A DNA stretch of 64,000 nt from Faecalimonas sp. (GCA_045648005.1 JAZRND010000050.1:4458-68457), one strand, 5' to 3'; numbered from the stretch's first letter, positions 38,481 through 48,187 are shown. Numbers and translations are program-made. The notes: generated from the sequence alone by a model not told the origin.

Positions 38481-39674
38481 TTATCGTTTTTTGTATTGCC
38501 GTGGACTGCATCCAACATATTTTGAAAAGGTTTTGGAAAAATAAGAAAAATCTTGGTATCCCACAGTCAGTGCAACCTCGGATATGGACATATCGCTCGT
38601 GTTAAAAAGTCGCAATGCTTCTTGAATACGAGAGTGATGAATAAACTTTGTTAAAGGTTGTCCGGTTTCTTTGCTAAATACATTGGATAGAAATGAAGGA
38701 TTCTTTTCCAATTCCGTGGCAAGTTGTTTTAAAGATAATTCTTCATCCAAGTGTGCCTCTATGTATGCGATTACATCCTTTGTCAATTTGGAATAATCCG
38801 GGTTCGCATAGTTTTTTACTAGTAGACAATATTTATGGCAAATGTCGTTTGGCATCTGTTCCAACTTTGCAAGAGAGGTGGTGTTTTCGATCCGTGAAGC
38901 AATAGTAGCTGCCTGTCTTAAAATATGGGATGGATGAATCGATGTCTGCAAAAGGGCTAAATGACAGTAATTATTGAGTGCAACCAAAAGGGATTTGTAA
39001 TTTTTCATGGTCCGGTTAACCGTCAGTTTAGATTCGTGCAAAAACAGTTGTAATGCTTTCTTGGCACGTGTATTGTCTCCTGTTTTCAAATGTTTTAAAA
39101 AAGCCGAAAGCATTTCAGAATACTGTTCTGAAAAGTTTATAAAGTTCTGTTCAATTACATCTGTATGAAATTCTACCGGTCTTTGCTGTTCTGCATACTC
39201 TATTAGTTCTGGTGTCAGGTCTTTGAACTCCGGCATATAAGTTCCCACCACATGCCGAGTCACGTTGACAATAGTGTCTACATGAGCAAAAGGCATGCTT
39301 TCATAGACATATTTCATTCTTTGGATTGTTTCAGGAGTGATGCGTGCATCTTTGAGAATCTGTGCAAAATAATTTGGAGACAGTTCATCGTCGCGAAAGG
39401 GACCTACAGAAATGAAATCGGATGTTTCATTTCCTTTCCAAAATATCATGACATTATAAAATCCCAGATTGCTTCGAATAATCAAAATGCGATTTTTGCG
39501 TTCAATATCAGAAAAATGAATCTTTGTATTATCATCGGTGTAGTCAGTCCACACAGCTGCACGAATGCCTTGGTCGATTTTACTAATATCGGTATAAGGC
39601 GGTGTTAGGTATAGGGTAGACACATTGAAGGCATCCAATAAAACAGCTTTCAAGAGTTCGTAACAATTTCTCAT
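38481..39674 (-). CDS. AraC family transcriptional regulator with large N-terminal sensing region
   Basis: C-terminal dual HTH (ISEVALTVGYQDFSYFSKTFSKYVGCSPRQYK). ATG at 39674 after AAAGGAGG. Confidence 0.92.
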   Translation of the reverse strand: MRNCYELLKAVLLDAFNVSTLYLTPPYTDISKIDQGIRAAVWTDYTDDNTKIHFSDIERKNRILIIRSNLGFYNVMIFWKGNETSDFISVGPFRDDELSPNYFAQILKDARITPETIQRMKYVYESMPFAHVDTIVNVTRHVVGTYMPEFKDLTPELIEYAEQQRPVEFHTDVIEQNFINFSEQYSEMLSAFLKHLKTGDNTRAKKALQLFLHESKLTVNRTMKNYKSLLVALNNYCHLALLQTSIHPSHILRQAATIASRIENTTSLAKLEQMPNDICHKYCLLVKNYANPDYSKLTKDVIAYIEAHLDEELSLKQLATELEKNPSFLSNVFSKETGQPLTKFIHHSRIQEALRLFNTSDMSISEVALTVGYQDFSYFSKTFSKYVGCSPRQYKKR

Positions 39675-39689
39675 TGAAAAATCCTCCTT

Positions 39690-39726
39690 TTGGTAAAAAT
39701 TATACATAAAAAACAAAAATAATACA
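39690..39726 (+). promoter_or_regulatory. Candidate AraC-type tandem binding site S
   Basis: AAAAATTATACA (39695) and AAAAATAATACA (39715), 20-nt period, in the divergent intergenic region. Confidence 0.45.
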
Positions 39727-39793
39727 AGTGCATACACTCATATTCTAGTAAAATTATTACATAAGTATTATGTTATAAGGAGGACGTTGAAGT

Positions 39794-42028
39794 ATGAAAT
39801 TTAACTGGAATGAATCCTGGTTATTCGCAAAAGATAAGACACTAGATAAAAAAGATTGGGAAGCAGTCAATTTGCCACATTCTTGGAACGCAAAAGATGG
39901 ACAAGACGGTGGAAATGACTATCATCGTGGAACTTGCTATTACACCAAGAATTTAGCTCTTTCAGACTGCAATGGTGCGGAAGAAGTTTATATTGAATTT
40001 GAGGGCGCAAATTCTTCGGCTGACGTTTATGTAAATGGGAAATTAGCGGTACACCATGATGGCGGTTATTCTACATTTCGCGCGAACATTACAGAATTTT
40101 TAGAAGAACAAAATGAGATTTGGGTCGAAGTGGATAATGCAGCGAACGACAGAGTATATCCACAGATGGCGGATTTTACTTTCTACGGCGGAATCTACCG
40201 TGACGTAAATATTATTTGCGTACCAAAAGCTCACTTCGATTTGGACTATTATGGAGGACCTGGTATCACGGTAACACCTGTAGTAGAGGGAGCAAACGCA
40301 AATGTGGAAGCCAAATCTTATTTTACAGGTCTTGCAGGGAATGAGACGGTGACATATACCATTAAAGACGGTGATTCAGTAATTGCCGAAGCCACAGTTG
40401 TTGCAGCAGAAGGGAAAGCAGAGTTTGTAATTGAAAATGCACATCTTTGGAACGGAAGAAAGGATCCTTTCCTTTATACATTGGAAGCAGTATTAAAGGA
40501 CGGAGATGTAGAATTAGATACAAGAAGTGTAAGATTTGGATGTAGATATTTTGAAATAGATCCAGAAAGAGGATTTATTTTAAATGGTGAAGAATATCCA
40601 CTTCGCGGTGTTTCACGTCATCAGGACAGATGGGGAATCGGTAATGCATTATTGCCGGAACATCATAAAGAAGATGCAGAGTTGATTTATGAAGTGGGCG
40701 CTACTACGATTCGTTTGGCACACTACCAACACAACCAATATTTCTATGATCTTTGTGATGAAATGGGCTTTGTGCTTTGGGCAGAGATCCCATATATTTC
40801 GAACCACATGAAAAATGGTAGAGAAAATACCATTACACAGATGAAAGAGTTGATTACACAAAATTACAATCATACTTCTATTTTTGTATGGGGGCTTTCA
40901 AATGAAATCACGATGAAGGGTGCAGATGATCCAGATTTATTAGAAAATCATCACATTTTAAATAACTTGTGCCATGAAATGGATAAGACCAGACTTACCA
41001 CGATGGCAATTGTGTCTATGTGTGATATGGATGCTGAATATGTTCAAATCCCTGACACTGTCGCTTGGAATCATTACTTTGGATGGTACGGCGGAGAAAC
41101 TTCTATGAATGGTCCGTGGCTTGATAATTTCCATGCGAAATACCCGAACCTTCCGGTTGGCGTAAGCGAGTATGGATGTGAGGCTCTTAACTGGCATACA
41201 TCAAATCCGCAACAAGGAGATTACACAGAAGAGTATCAGTCTTACTATCATGAAGAATTGATTAAGCAATTATTTACAAGAAAATACCTTTGGGCTACTC
41301 ATGTATGGAATATGTTTGACTTCGGTGCAGACGCTCGTGCAGAAGGTGGGGAAGACGGACAAAACCACAAAGGTCTTATGACTTTTGACCGTAAGTACAA
41401 GAAGGATTCATTCTATGCATATAAGGCTTGGCTTTCTGATGAGCCATTTGTACATCTTTGTTCAAAGCGTTATGTGGACAGAGTAGAAGATGTGACAAAA
41501 GTTACAGTGTATTCGAACTTGCCGGAAGTAGAACTTTTTGCAAATGGTGTAAGTTTAGGAAAACAAACTAGCGATGTGCATTTCTTCTATTTTGATGTGC
41601 CAAATGTGGGCGAAACAGAATTGGTTGCTAAAGCAGGAAATTGCCAAGATGTTTCTCACATTAAAAAAGTAGAAGAGTTTAACAACGATTATCGTATGGT
41701 TGAAACCGGCGACGTATTAAACTGGTTTGATATTACGGAGATTGAAGGACGTTTCTCAATCAATGACAAAGCGGGCGATGTTCTGAAAACTTTCCGTGGG
41801 AAAATGTTATTTATGAGTTTGATGAAAAAGGCCCTATCAGGAAGCAAGGGCATGGTAGATGCAAGCAGTTTTAAAATGGAAAAAGGCGCGATTATGAGTT
41901 TCCTTGGAGGATTTACGATAAAACGCCTGCTTTCTATGATGGGAACAATGGGTGCAAAACCAATGACAAAAGAAGAGATGCTCGCATTCAATGCAAAATT
42001 AAATAAAATTAAAAAGAAAGAAAAATAA
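39794..42028 (+). CDS. GH2 beta-glucuronidase-like enzyme (No-Loop / FMN-binding type architecture)
   Basis: Acid/base WGLSNE, nucleophile SEYG, YFGWY, GUS-type NxKG motif (QNHKG); HFDLDYYGGPG segment; Met-rich helical C-terminal domain; no signal peptide. Confidence 0.8.
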   Translation: MKFNWNESWLFAKDKTLDKKDWEAVNLPHSWNAKDGQDGGNDYHRGTCYYTKNLALSDCNGAEEVYIEFEGANSSADVYVNGKLAVHHDGGYSTFRANITEFLEEQNEIWVEVDNAANDRVYPQMADFTFYGGIYRDVNIICVPKAHFDLDYYGGPGITVTPVVEGANANVEAKSYFTGLAGNETVTYTIKDGDSVIAEATVVAAEGKAEFVIENAHLWNGRKDPFLYTLEAVLKDGDVELDTRSVRFGCRYFEIDPERGFILNGEEYPLRGVSRHQDRWGIGNALLPEHHKEDAELIYEVGATTIRLAHYQHNQYFYDLCDEMGFVLWAEIPYISNHMKNGRENTITQMKELITQNYNHTSIFVWGLSNEITMKGADDPDLLENHHILNNLCHEMDKTRLTTMAIVSMCDMDAEYVQIPDTVAWNHYFGWYGGETSMNGPWLDNFHAKYPNLPVGVSEYGCEALNWHTSNPQQGDYTEEYQSYYHEELIKQLFTRKYLWATHVWNMFDFGADARAEGGEDGQNHKGLMTFDRKYKKDSFYAYKAWLSDEPFVHLCSKRYVDRVEDVTKVTVYSNLPEVELFANGVSLGKQTSDVHFFYFDVPNVGETELVAKAGNCQDVSHIKKVEEFNNDYRMVETGDVLNWFDITEIEGRFSINDKAGDVLKTFRGKMLFMSLMKKALSGSKGMVDASSFKMEKGAIMSFLGGFTIKRLLSMMGTMGAKPMTKEEMLAFNAKLNKIKKKEK

Positions 42029-42064
42029 ATAAAGTTTTAAAAGTTATTAAAGGAGATTTGAGTT

Positions 42065-43447
42065 ATGGAAAACAAACGCAAATTCGGTATGCGAGATAAT
42101 TTCGCATACGCTGCCGGAGATTTCGGTTGTAACATGAGTTTTGCTCTAAAGGGCACCTTAATTATTTTCTGGACACAGTTCATGAAAATGGATTCGTTGG
42201 TATATGCAGGACTTTTGCTTCTTGTACAAGTATGGGATGCCATTAATGACCCGTTAATCGGTTCAATTATTGATGCTGACAAACGTAAATACAAACGCAA
42301 CAAATTCCTCGCATACATCTTTGTAGGTTCTATCGGTCTTGTTGTGGCAGGAGCACTTTGCTTCGTGCCTTGGGCGGGAGCACCGGATATCGCCAAAAAT
42401 ATCCTTTTTGTAGCAGGTTATGTGCTTTGGGATGCGTTCTATACTGTTGCAAACGTACCATATGGTTCTTTGTTATCATTGATTTCAAATGACCCTGGTG
42501 ATCGTGCCTCTTTATCAGCATGGCGTTCAGTAGGAAGTCTTATCGGACAAATGGCTACAATGGTATTACTTCCATTACTTATTTATGATAACAATGATAA
42601 CATTATCGGTGAGAGAGTGTTCTTTGCAGCTTTAGTTATGGGAATTGTAGCCTTCGTTGCATTTCAATTTATGATTCGTAACACAGTTATTCGTGTAGAA
42701 GAGGAAGTACAATGCAATGAAGAAGCACCAAAATTTAACGTATTTAAAGCAATGGGTAACTTCTTAAAGAACAGACCGGCTGTTGGTGCAACACTTGCAG
42801 CAATGGGTATGTTCCTAGGAATGCAAGGTGGAACCGCAGCAGTAACTGTATTATTCCAATCTTACTTCAATAATGTAAAGATTTCTGGTTTGGTACAAAT
42901 GTTTGCAATGATTCCGATTATTGCATTTACCCCACTTGCACGTAAATTAGTACTTAAGTACGGTAAAAAAGAATTGTCCGCATTCGGTGCGGTTTGCAGT
43001 ATGGTTGCATGTGTATTGATGCTGATTCTTCCAATTACTCCGGATGGAAAAGGTATCGCGATTTATGTGGTATGCCAACTTATCAATAGCCTTGGAATGG
43101 GTATCTATAGTACAGTTAGTTGGTCACTTATGGGTGATGCTATCGATTACAATGAATGGAAAAATGGCGCGAGAGAAGAAGGAACTGTTTATTCGTTACA
43201 TTCTTTCTTCCGTAAATTAGCTCAAGGCCTTGGACCATCTCTTGTACTTGTAATCATGGTTGCACTTGGCTATGTAGAAGAGAATGAGGGAAATCAGTTG
43301 TTTGCAGTAGCTCAAAATATGCGCTATTTAGTACCAGCACTTTACTTATTCAGTGCAGCAATGCAGTTTGTAGGTCTTGCATTGATTTACAATCTTGACA
43401 AAAAGAAACTTGCTGTTATGCAAGAAGAATTGGCAGCACGCAAATAA
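42065..43447 (+). CDS. GPH-family (MelB/UidB-like) glycoside:cation symporter
   Basis: YAAGDFGCN, WDAINDPLIG, NVPYGSL, DAIDY.EWKNG.REEG. Confidence 0.9.
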   Translation: MENKRKFGMRDNFAYAAGDFGCNMSFALKGTLIIFWTQFMKMDSLVYAGLLLLVQVWDAINDPLIGSIIDADKRKYKRNKFLAYIFVGSIGLVVAGALCFVPWAGAPDIAKNILFVAGYVLWDAFYTVANVPYGSLLSLISNDPGDRASLSAWRSVGSLIGQMATMVLLPLLIYDNNDNIIGERVFFAALVMGIVAFVAFQFMIRNTVIRVEEEVQCNEEAPKFNVFKAMGNFLKNRPAVGATLAAMGMFLGMQGGTAAVTVLFQSYFNNVKISGLVQMFAMIPIIAFTPLARKLVLKYGKKELSAFGAVCSMVACVLMLILPITPDGKGIAIYVVCQLINSLGMGIYSTVSWSLMGDAIDYNEWKNGAREEGTVYSLHSFFRKLAQGLGPSLVLVIMVALGYVEENEGNQLFAVAQNMRYLVPALYLFSAAMQFVGLALIYNLDKKKLAVMQEELAARK

Positions 43448-43451
43448 GCGG

Positions 43452-43472
43452 TTGGTAAAAATAATACATAAA
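43452..43472 (+). repeat. Direct-repeat copy S' of 39690-39710
   Basis: TTGGTAAAAATAATACATAAA versus TTGGTAAAAATTATACATAAA (20/21 identical). Confidence 0.7.
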
Positions 43473-43511
43473 GCAAAAAAGGTATGCGAGATGACTCGCA
43501 TACCTTTTTGC
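43473..43511. terminator. Bidirectional terminator T' (near-copy of 38447-38480)
   Basis: GCAAAAAAGGTATGCGAG-ATGA-CTCGCATACCTTTTTGC. Confidence 0.8.
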
Positions 43512-43522
43512 GTATATAGGAT

Positions 43523-44950
43523 TTATAAATTAAAATACTTATCAAATTCTGCAGGATGTGGAATCTTTGACATTTCAAAGCATTCTTGTCTCTTGCGAGC
43601 GATGAAGTTTTTAATCAGGTGTTCTGGGAACACACCGCCTGCTGTCAAGTAATCGTGGTCTGCTTCCAATGCATCTAACGCATCTTCTAAACGAGTTGGG
43701 AGAGAAGATAATTTTGCTTTTTCTTCTTCCGGCAAATGATATAGGTTCATATCATATGGTCCCCAACCGCTTTCATGTGGGTCAATTTTATTTTTAATAC
43801 CATCGATACCAGCCATCAAAAGTGCTGCGTAGCAGAAGTACGGGTTACATGTTGCATCCGGATTACGAAGCTCGAAGCGACGAAGCTTCGGTGATTTTGC
43901 ATATGCAGGAATACGGATAACTGCACTTCGATTTGAAGTTGCATAACCTACAGTTACCGGTGCTTCAAATCCAGGAACCAATCTCTTGAATGAGTTTGTG
44001 CTTGGGTTTGTGATAGCACAAAGAGAAGAAATGTGCTTCAATAATCCACCCATAAAGTAGTGAGCTTCTTTACTTAAGTGTGAGTATCCTTCATCATCAG
44101 AGAATACAGGCTCACCATCTTTCAAAAGTAACATATGTACGTGCATACCATTTCCGGCTTCACCATAAACCGGCTTTGGCATAAAGGTTGCTACTTTTCC
44201 GTGTTTTAAAGCTGTATTGTGGATGACATATTTAATCATCATTGTGTTATCAGCCATTTTGGACATTTGTCCAAGCATTGGTTCAATTTCGAACTGGCCG
44301 GCTGCGCCTACTTCCGGATGATGATATTTAATTTCGATACCCATTTTTTCTAATTCCAGGCACATCTCTGAACGACATTCATAAGTGCGGTCAAACGGTT
44401 TGGCAACGTGATAGTTCTTTTGGTGAGGAACTACACATCCAAGACCTTGGTTTGCACTATTCCAGTATGCCTGTTCGCAGTCGACAGAAAAGCCGATAGA
44501 ATCCGGTTCTACGCACCAACCAGCTTGGTCAAACATATGGAATTCAAATTCTGGTAAAATGAGCATGGTGTCAGCAATGTCGCAATCTTTCATATATTGT
44601 TCTGCTGCCTGCACGATATTTCTTGGATATTGGTCTAACGGTCTGTTTTCCGGATAGTCAATAATCATTGCATTACCTGTAATAGATAATGTCGGCACAT
44701 CACAATATGGGTCAATCACAGCAGTAGCCAAGTCTGGGATAAATACCATATCACTCTTTTCTACAACTGCATAGCCATAGTTCGAAGCGTCAAATCCAAT
44801 ACCATTTTCTATGGTTTCCGGTGTGAATTGTGATGCAGGAATGGTCACATGGCGGAATTGACCATTGATGTCAACGATTTTAAAATCCACCATTTTAATA
44901 TCTTGTTCCTGAATCAACTTCATAATGTCTTTTGCTGTTTTTTTCATCAT
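43523..44950 (-). CDS. glnA: Glutamine synthetase type I
   Basis: FDAS, PEFEF, HHPEV, FMPKP..GEAGNGMHVH, NSFKRLVPGFEAP, NRSAVIRIP, RFELRNPD...NPY. Confidence 0.95.
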   Translation of the reverse strand: MMKKTAKDIMKLIQEQDIKMVDFKIVDINGQFRHVTIPASQFTPETIENGIGFDASNYGYAVVEKSDMVFIPDLATAVIDPYCDVPTLSITGNAMIIDYPENRPLDQYPRNIVQAAEQYMKDCDIADTMLILPEFEFHMFDQAGWCVEPDSIGFSVDCEQAYWNSANQGLGCVVPHQKNYHVAKPFDRTYECRSEMCLELEKMGIEIKYHHPEVGAAGQFEIEPMLGQMSKMADNTMMIKYVIHNTALKHGKVATFMPKPVYGEAGNGMHVHMLLLKDGEPVFSDDEGYSHLSKEAHYFMGGLLKHISSLCAITNPSTNSFKRLVPGFEAPVTVGYATSNRSAVIRIPAYAKSPKLRRFELRNPDATCNPYFCYAALLMAGIDGIKNKIDPHESGWGPYDMNLYHLPEEEKAKLSSLPTRLEDALDALEADHDYLTAGGVFPEHLIKNFIARKRQECFEMSKIPHPAEFDKYFNL

Positions 44951-45081
44951 ATACCTCCAAGTATAAATTTTCCGATATTCAGATATTAATAGAATACTCC
45001 CATTTTATAAAAAATGCAATGGCAAGGAATACAACTTGTGTTATAATCATATGGTGTAAAATGAATTTTTGAGGACAAAGT

Positions 45082-46470
45082 ATGCAAAAGAAAAGAAATT
45101 GTTATTTCGATAAAGCCATGATTGGTGTCATATTGGCATTGGCATGGCCTACCATGTTGGAACAATTGCTCCATACGGCGGTTTTATACATAGATACAGC
45201 TATGATAGGGACTTTGGGAACACAAGCCACAGCTGCAGTAGGGTCTACTACCACGGTCAACTGGCTCATCAATAGTTCCATCTCGGCTTTGAGCATAGGA
45301 TTTTTAGCCTTTATTGCAAAAGCTTGTGGAGCAAAAAACGGAAAAAACGCTAGAAAGGCATCGGCACAGGCAGTTTTAACTGTATTGGTTATAGGGACAT
45401 TTTTTACTGTTTTGACCGCAAGTTTAAGTGGCATGGTGCCGATATGGATGCAAGTGGATAAAAGCATTCAAAAAATGGCCTCCATGTATTTTTTGATTAT
45501 TTATTTACCAATGCTTCCGCGGACAGCCAGTATTATTTTCGGGACGGTGCTCCGGGCTGCAGGAGATACAAAAACGCCTATGAAAGTGGGCATAGTTGTA
45601 AATCTTGTCAATGTGATTTTAAACTTCTTTTTAATTTATGAAACGCGAAGAGTAGTAATCTGTGGAATGCCTGTAAAAATATTAGGAGCAGGTCTCGGTG
45701 TTGTTGGCGCAGCCATAGCTAGTGCAATCGCATTTGCGGTGGGTGGTATTTGCATCACCTTGGCGCTATGGAAGCATCCGGTGGTATCCCCAAAGGGGGA
45801 AAAACTTACACCGGATAAGAATATATTGAAGCCTTGTTTGAAGATAGCATTGCCAAATATGTTGCAACGTTTCGGAACTTCTTTGGGCTATGTCGCATTT
45901 GCATCCATGATTAATTCTCTTGGGGAAGTCGCTACGGCAGCGCACACCATTGCAAACACGGTGGAGTCGGCATTTTACATACCAGCATACGGAATGCAGA
46001 CAGCAGCCTCCACTTTAACTGGAAATGCTTATGGGGCCAACGACAATGAGCGAATGAAACGTTTGACCAATATGTTTTTGCCAATAGAGGTTTCCCTCAT
46101 GACTATCACAGGGGCATTGCTTTTTGTGACAGCACCGGCTCTCATGGGAGTGTTTTCAACGAATGATGTCGTGATTGCACAAGGTGCCACCGTACTTCGT
46201 ATGGTTGCAGTATCGGAACCATTTTATGGAGTATCCATTATTGTGGAAGGCTTTTTACTTGGGGTTGGTAAGACAAAGAGACCTTTTGTGTATAACATCA
46301 TCGGCATGTGGGGCGTCCGTATTGTTGGAACTTTTATTTGCACTCAAATCTTGCATATGGGTTTGGCAGCAGCATGGGGATGTATGATTGCCCATAACTT
46401 ATTGTTGTTTGCTTGCTTTTTGATTACGTTTTTGAAGAAAAAATGGAATCCCCTAGAAGAAGGAAAATAG
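45082..46470 (+). CDS. MATE family efflux transporter
   Basis: LAWP, DTAMIG.LG, GDTKTPM, GLGVVGAAIAS; about 12 TM segments. Confidence 0.9.
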   Translation: MQKKRNCYFDKAMIGVILALAWPTMLEQLLHTAVLYIDTAMIGTLGTQATAAVGSTTTVNWLINSSISALSIGFLAFIAKACGAKNGKNARKASAQAVLTVLVIGTFFTVLTASLSGMVPIWMQVDKSIQKMASMYFLIIYLPMLPRTASIIFGTVLRAAGDTKTPMKVGIVVNLVNVILNFFLIYETRRVVICGMPVKILGAGLGVVGAAIASAIAFAVGGICITLALWKHPVVSPKGEKLTPDKNILKPCLKIALPNMLQRFGTSLGYVAFASMINSLGEVATAAHTIANTVESAFYIPAYGMQTAASTLTGNAYGANDNERMKRLTNMFLPIEVSLMTITGALLFVTAPALMGVFSTNDVVIAQGATVLRMVAVSEPFYGVSIIVEGFLLGVGKTKRPFVYNIIGMWGVRIVGTFICTQILHMGLAAAWGCMIAHNLLLFACFLITFLKKKWNPLEEGK

Positions 46471-46488
46471 AAAAGGAGGAACTTCTTT

Positions 46489-47607
46489 ATGAAAAACAAA
46501 TTTTTTGAAGGTATTCATGGGAATTTTGGATTTGGATGTATGCGATTCCCGATGAACAAGGACCAGGTGGATTACGAGGAAACTGCTCATATGGTAGATG
46601 CATTTATCAATGCTGGTTTTAATTATTTTGATACAGCACACGGGTATTTAGATGAGCAAAGCGAGAAGGTTCTGCGTAAGGTATTAGTGGAACGTTATCC
46701 AAGAGAATCCTATATTTTGGTGAATAAACTGTCAAATGACTACTTTAAGAAACAGGAAGACATTCGCCCGTTTTTTGAAGAGCAGTTGGAAATTTGTGGT
46801 GTTACGTATTTTGATTTCTATTTATTGCATGCCCAAAATGCAAGTATTTATGAAAAATACAAGAAATGTAATGCCTACGAGACTGTTTTTGAGTTAAAAA
46901 AAGAGGGGAAAGTGAAGCATGTGGGCATTTCTTTCCATGACAAGGCAGAAGTTTTGGAAAGCATTTTAAATGATTACCCGGATATTGAAGTGGTACAGCT
47001 TCAGTTTAACTATGTAGACTACAATGATACCGGCATTGAATCTAGAAAGTGCTACGAGGTATGCGAAAAATACCATAAGCCGGTTATTGTTATGGAGCCA
47101 GTCAAAGGAGGCAGTCTTGTAAATTTGCCGAAAGAGGCACAGGACATTTTCGATGAATTGGGTGGTGGAAGCAGTGCAAGTTATGCCATTCGCTTCGCCG
47201 CAAGCTTCGACAATATTATGATGGTTCTGTCGGGAATGAGCGATATGGAACAAGTGCTTGATAATGTTAGTTACATGAAAGACTTCAAAGCATTAAGTGA
47301 TAAAGAGTTTGAAGCGATTTGGAAAGTTTGTGACATTTTCAAATCCCAGGATTTGATTCCTTGTACCGCATGTAAGTATTGTGTGCCGGGGTGCCCGAAA
47401 AAGATTCCAATCCCGGATTTATTTGCAGATATGAATGCATTAAATACATTCAAAACTTGGAACAGTCGCTGGTATTACTCTATTCATACCAAGCATGGAG
47501 GAAAGGCGTCAGATTGTATTAAGTGTGGAAAATGTGAGGCTGCTTGCCCGCAACATTTGCCAATTAGAGAACTATTAGAAAAAGTAGCAGAAACATTTGA
47601 TAAGTAG
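46489..47607 (+). CDS. Aldo/keto reductase with C-terminal 4Fe-4S dicluster
   Basis: GFGCMRFP, YFDTAHGY, GISFH, MEPVKGG; CTACKYC..CP and CIKCGKCEAACP. Confidence 0.9.
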   Translation: MKNKFFEGIHGNFGFGCMRFPMNKDQVDYEETAHMVDAFINAGFNYFDTAHGYLDEQSEKVLRKVLVERYPRESYILVNKLSNDYFKKQEDIRPFFEEQLEICGVTYFDFYLLHAQNASIYEKYKKCNAYETVFELKKEGKVKHVGISFHDKAEVLESILNDYPDIEVVQLQFNYVDYNDTGIESRKCYEVCEKYHKPVIVMEPVKGGSLVNLPKEAQDIFDELGGGSSASYAIRFAASFDNIMMVLSGMSDMEQVLDNVSYMKDFKALSDKEFEAIWKVCDIFKSQDLIPCTACKYCVPGCPKKIPIPDLFADMNALNTFKTWNSRWYYSIHTKHGGKASDCIKCGKCEAACPQHLPIRELLEKVAETFDK

Positions 47608-47610
47608 AAA

Positions 47611-47644
47611 AAGGACGTAGCAAACTTCAATTTGCTACGTCCTT
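47611..47644. terminator. Bidirectional terminator
   Basis: AAGGACGTAGCAAA-CTTCAA-TTTGCTACGTCCTT. Confidence 0.8.
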
Positions 47645-47656
47645 CAATTTTGCTTT

Positions 47657-48130
47657 TTAGCGGTTGAGCCACCAAATGGCGAAGTTTAAATATGCTGCAA
47701 AGGTCAGCCAAAGCAGATATGGGATATTCAAATAGGCTGCTACTTTACTAATTTTGTTAAAACGCCAAATCATCCAGATTACTAACGCCCAAAGTAGTAG
47801 TAACCAAAAGAATGAAAAAAGATACCAACCGAAGTTAAAGAAAAATACCGGCCATAGAAAATTTACGATTAATTGATAATAGTAAATAGTAAGGGCATCC
47901 GATTTTTCATTTTCATCGGCATCCGAAGTCTGAATGAGATAAGCAGACACACCCATAAGCGTATAGAGAATGGTCCAAACTACTGGAAAAAGCCAGGCGG
48001 GTGGTGAAAGTGGCGGTTGGTTTAGCAGTTCAAATTGGGTCATGGCATTTCGCGTTAGCAGGCCGGAAACAATTCCGACTAACAATGGAAGAGCAATGCT
48101 CTTTATGAGTAGTTTTATATCTATTTTCAT
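47657..48130 (-). CDS. tspO: TspO/MBR (translocator protein) family
   Basis: PPAWLFPVVWTILY.LMG, NFLWP..FF, PYLLWL.FA.YLN. Confidence 0.93.
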   Translation of the reverse strand: MKIDIKLLIKSIALPLLVGIVSGLLTRNAMTQFELLNQPPLSPPAWLFPVVWTILYTLMGVSAYLIQTSDADENEKSDALTIYYYQLIVNFLWPVFFFNFGWYLFSFFWLLLLWALVIWMIWRFNKISKVAAYLNIPYLLWLTFAAYLNFAIWWLNR

Positions 48131-48187
48131 ATGCGTACACCTCCTTTATAAATTATGTATAAAGAAGTCCGCATATGCAGAAAAATG

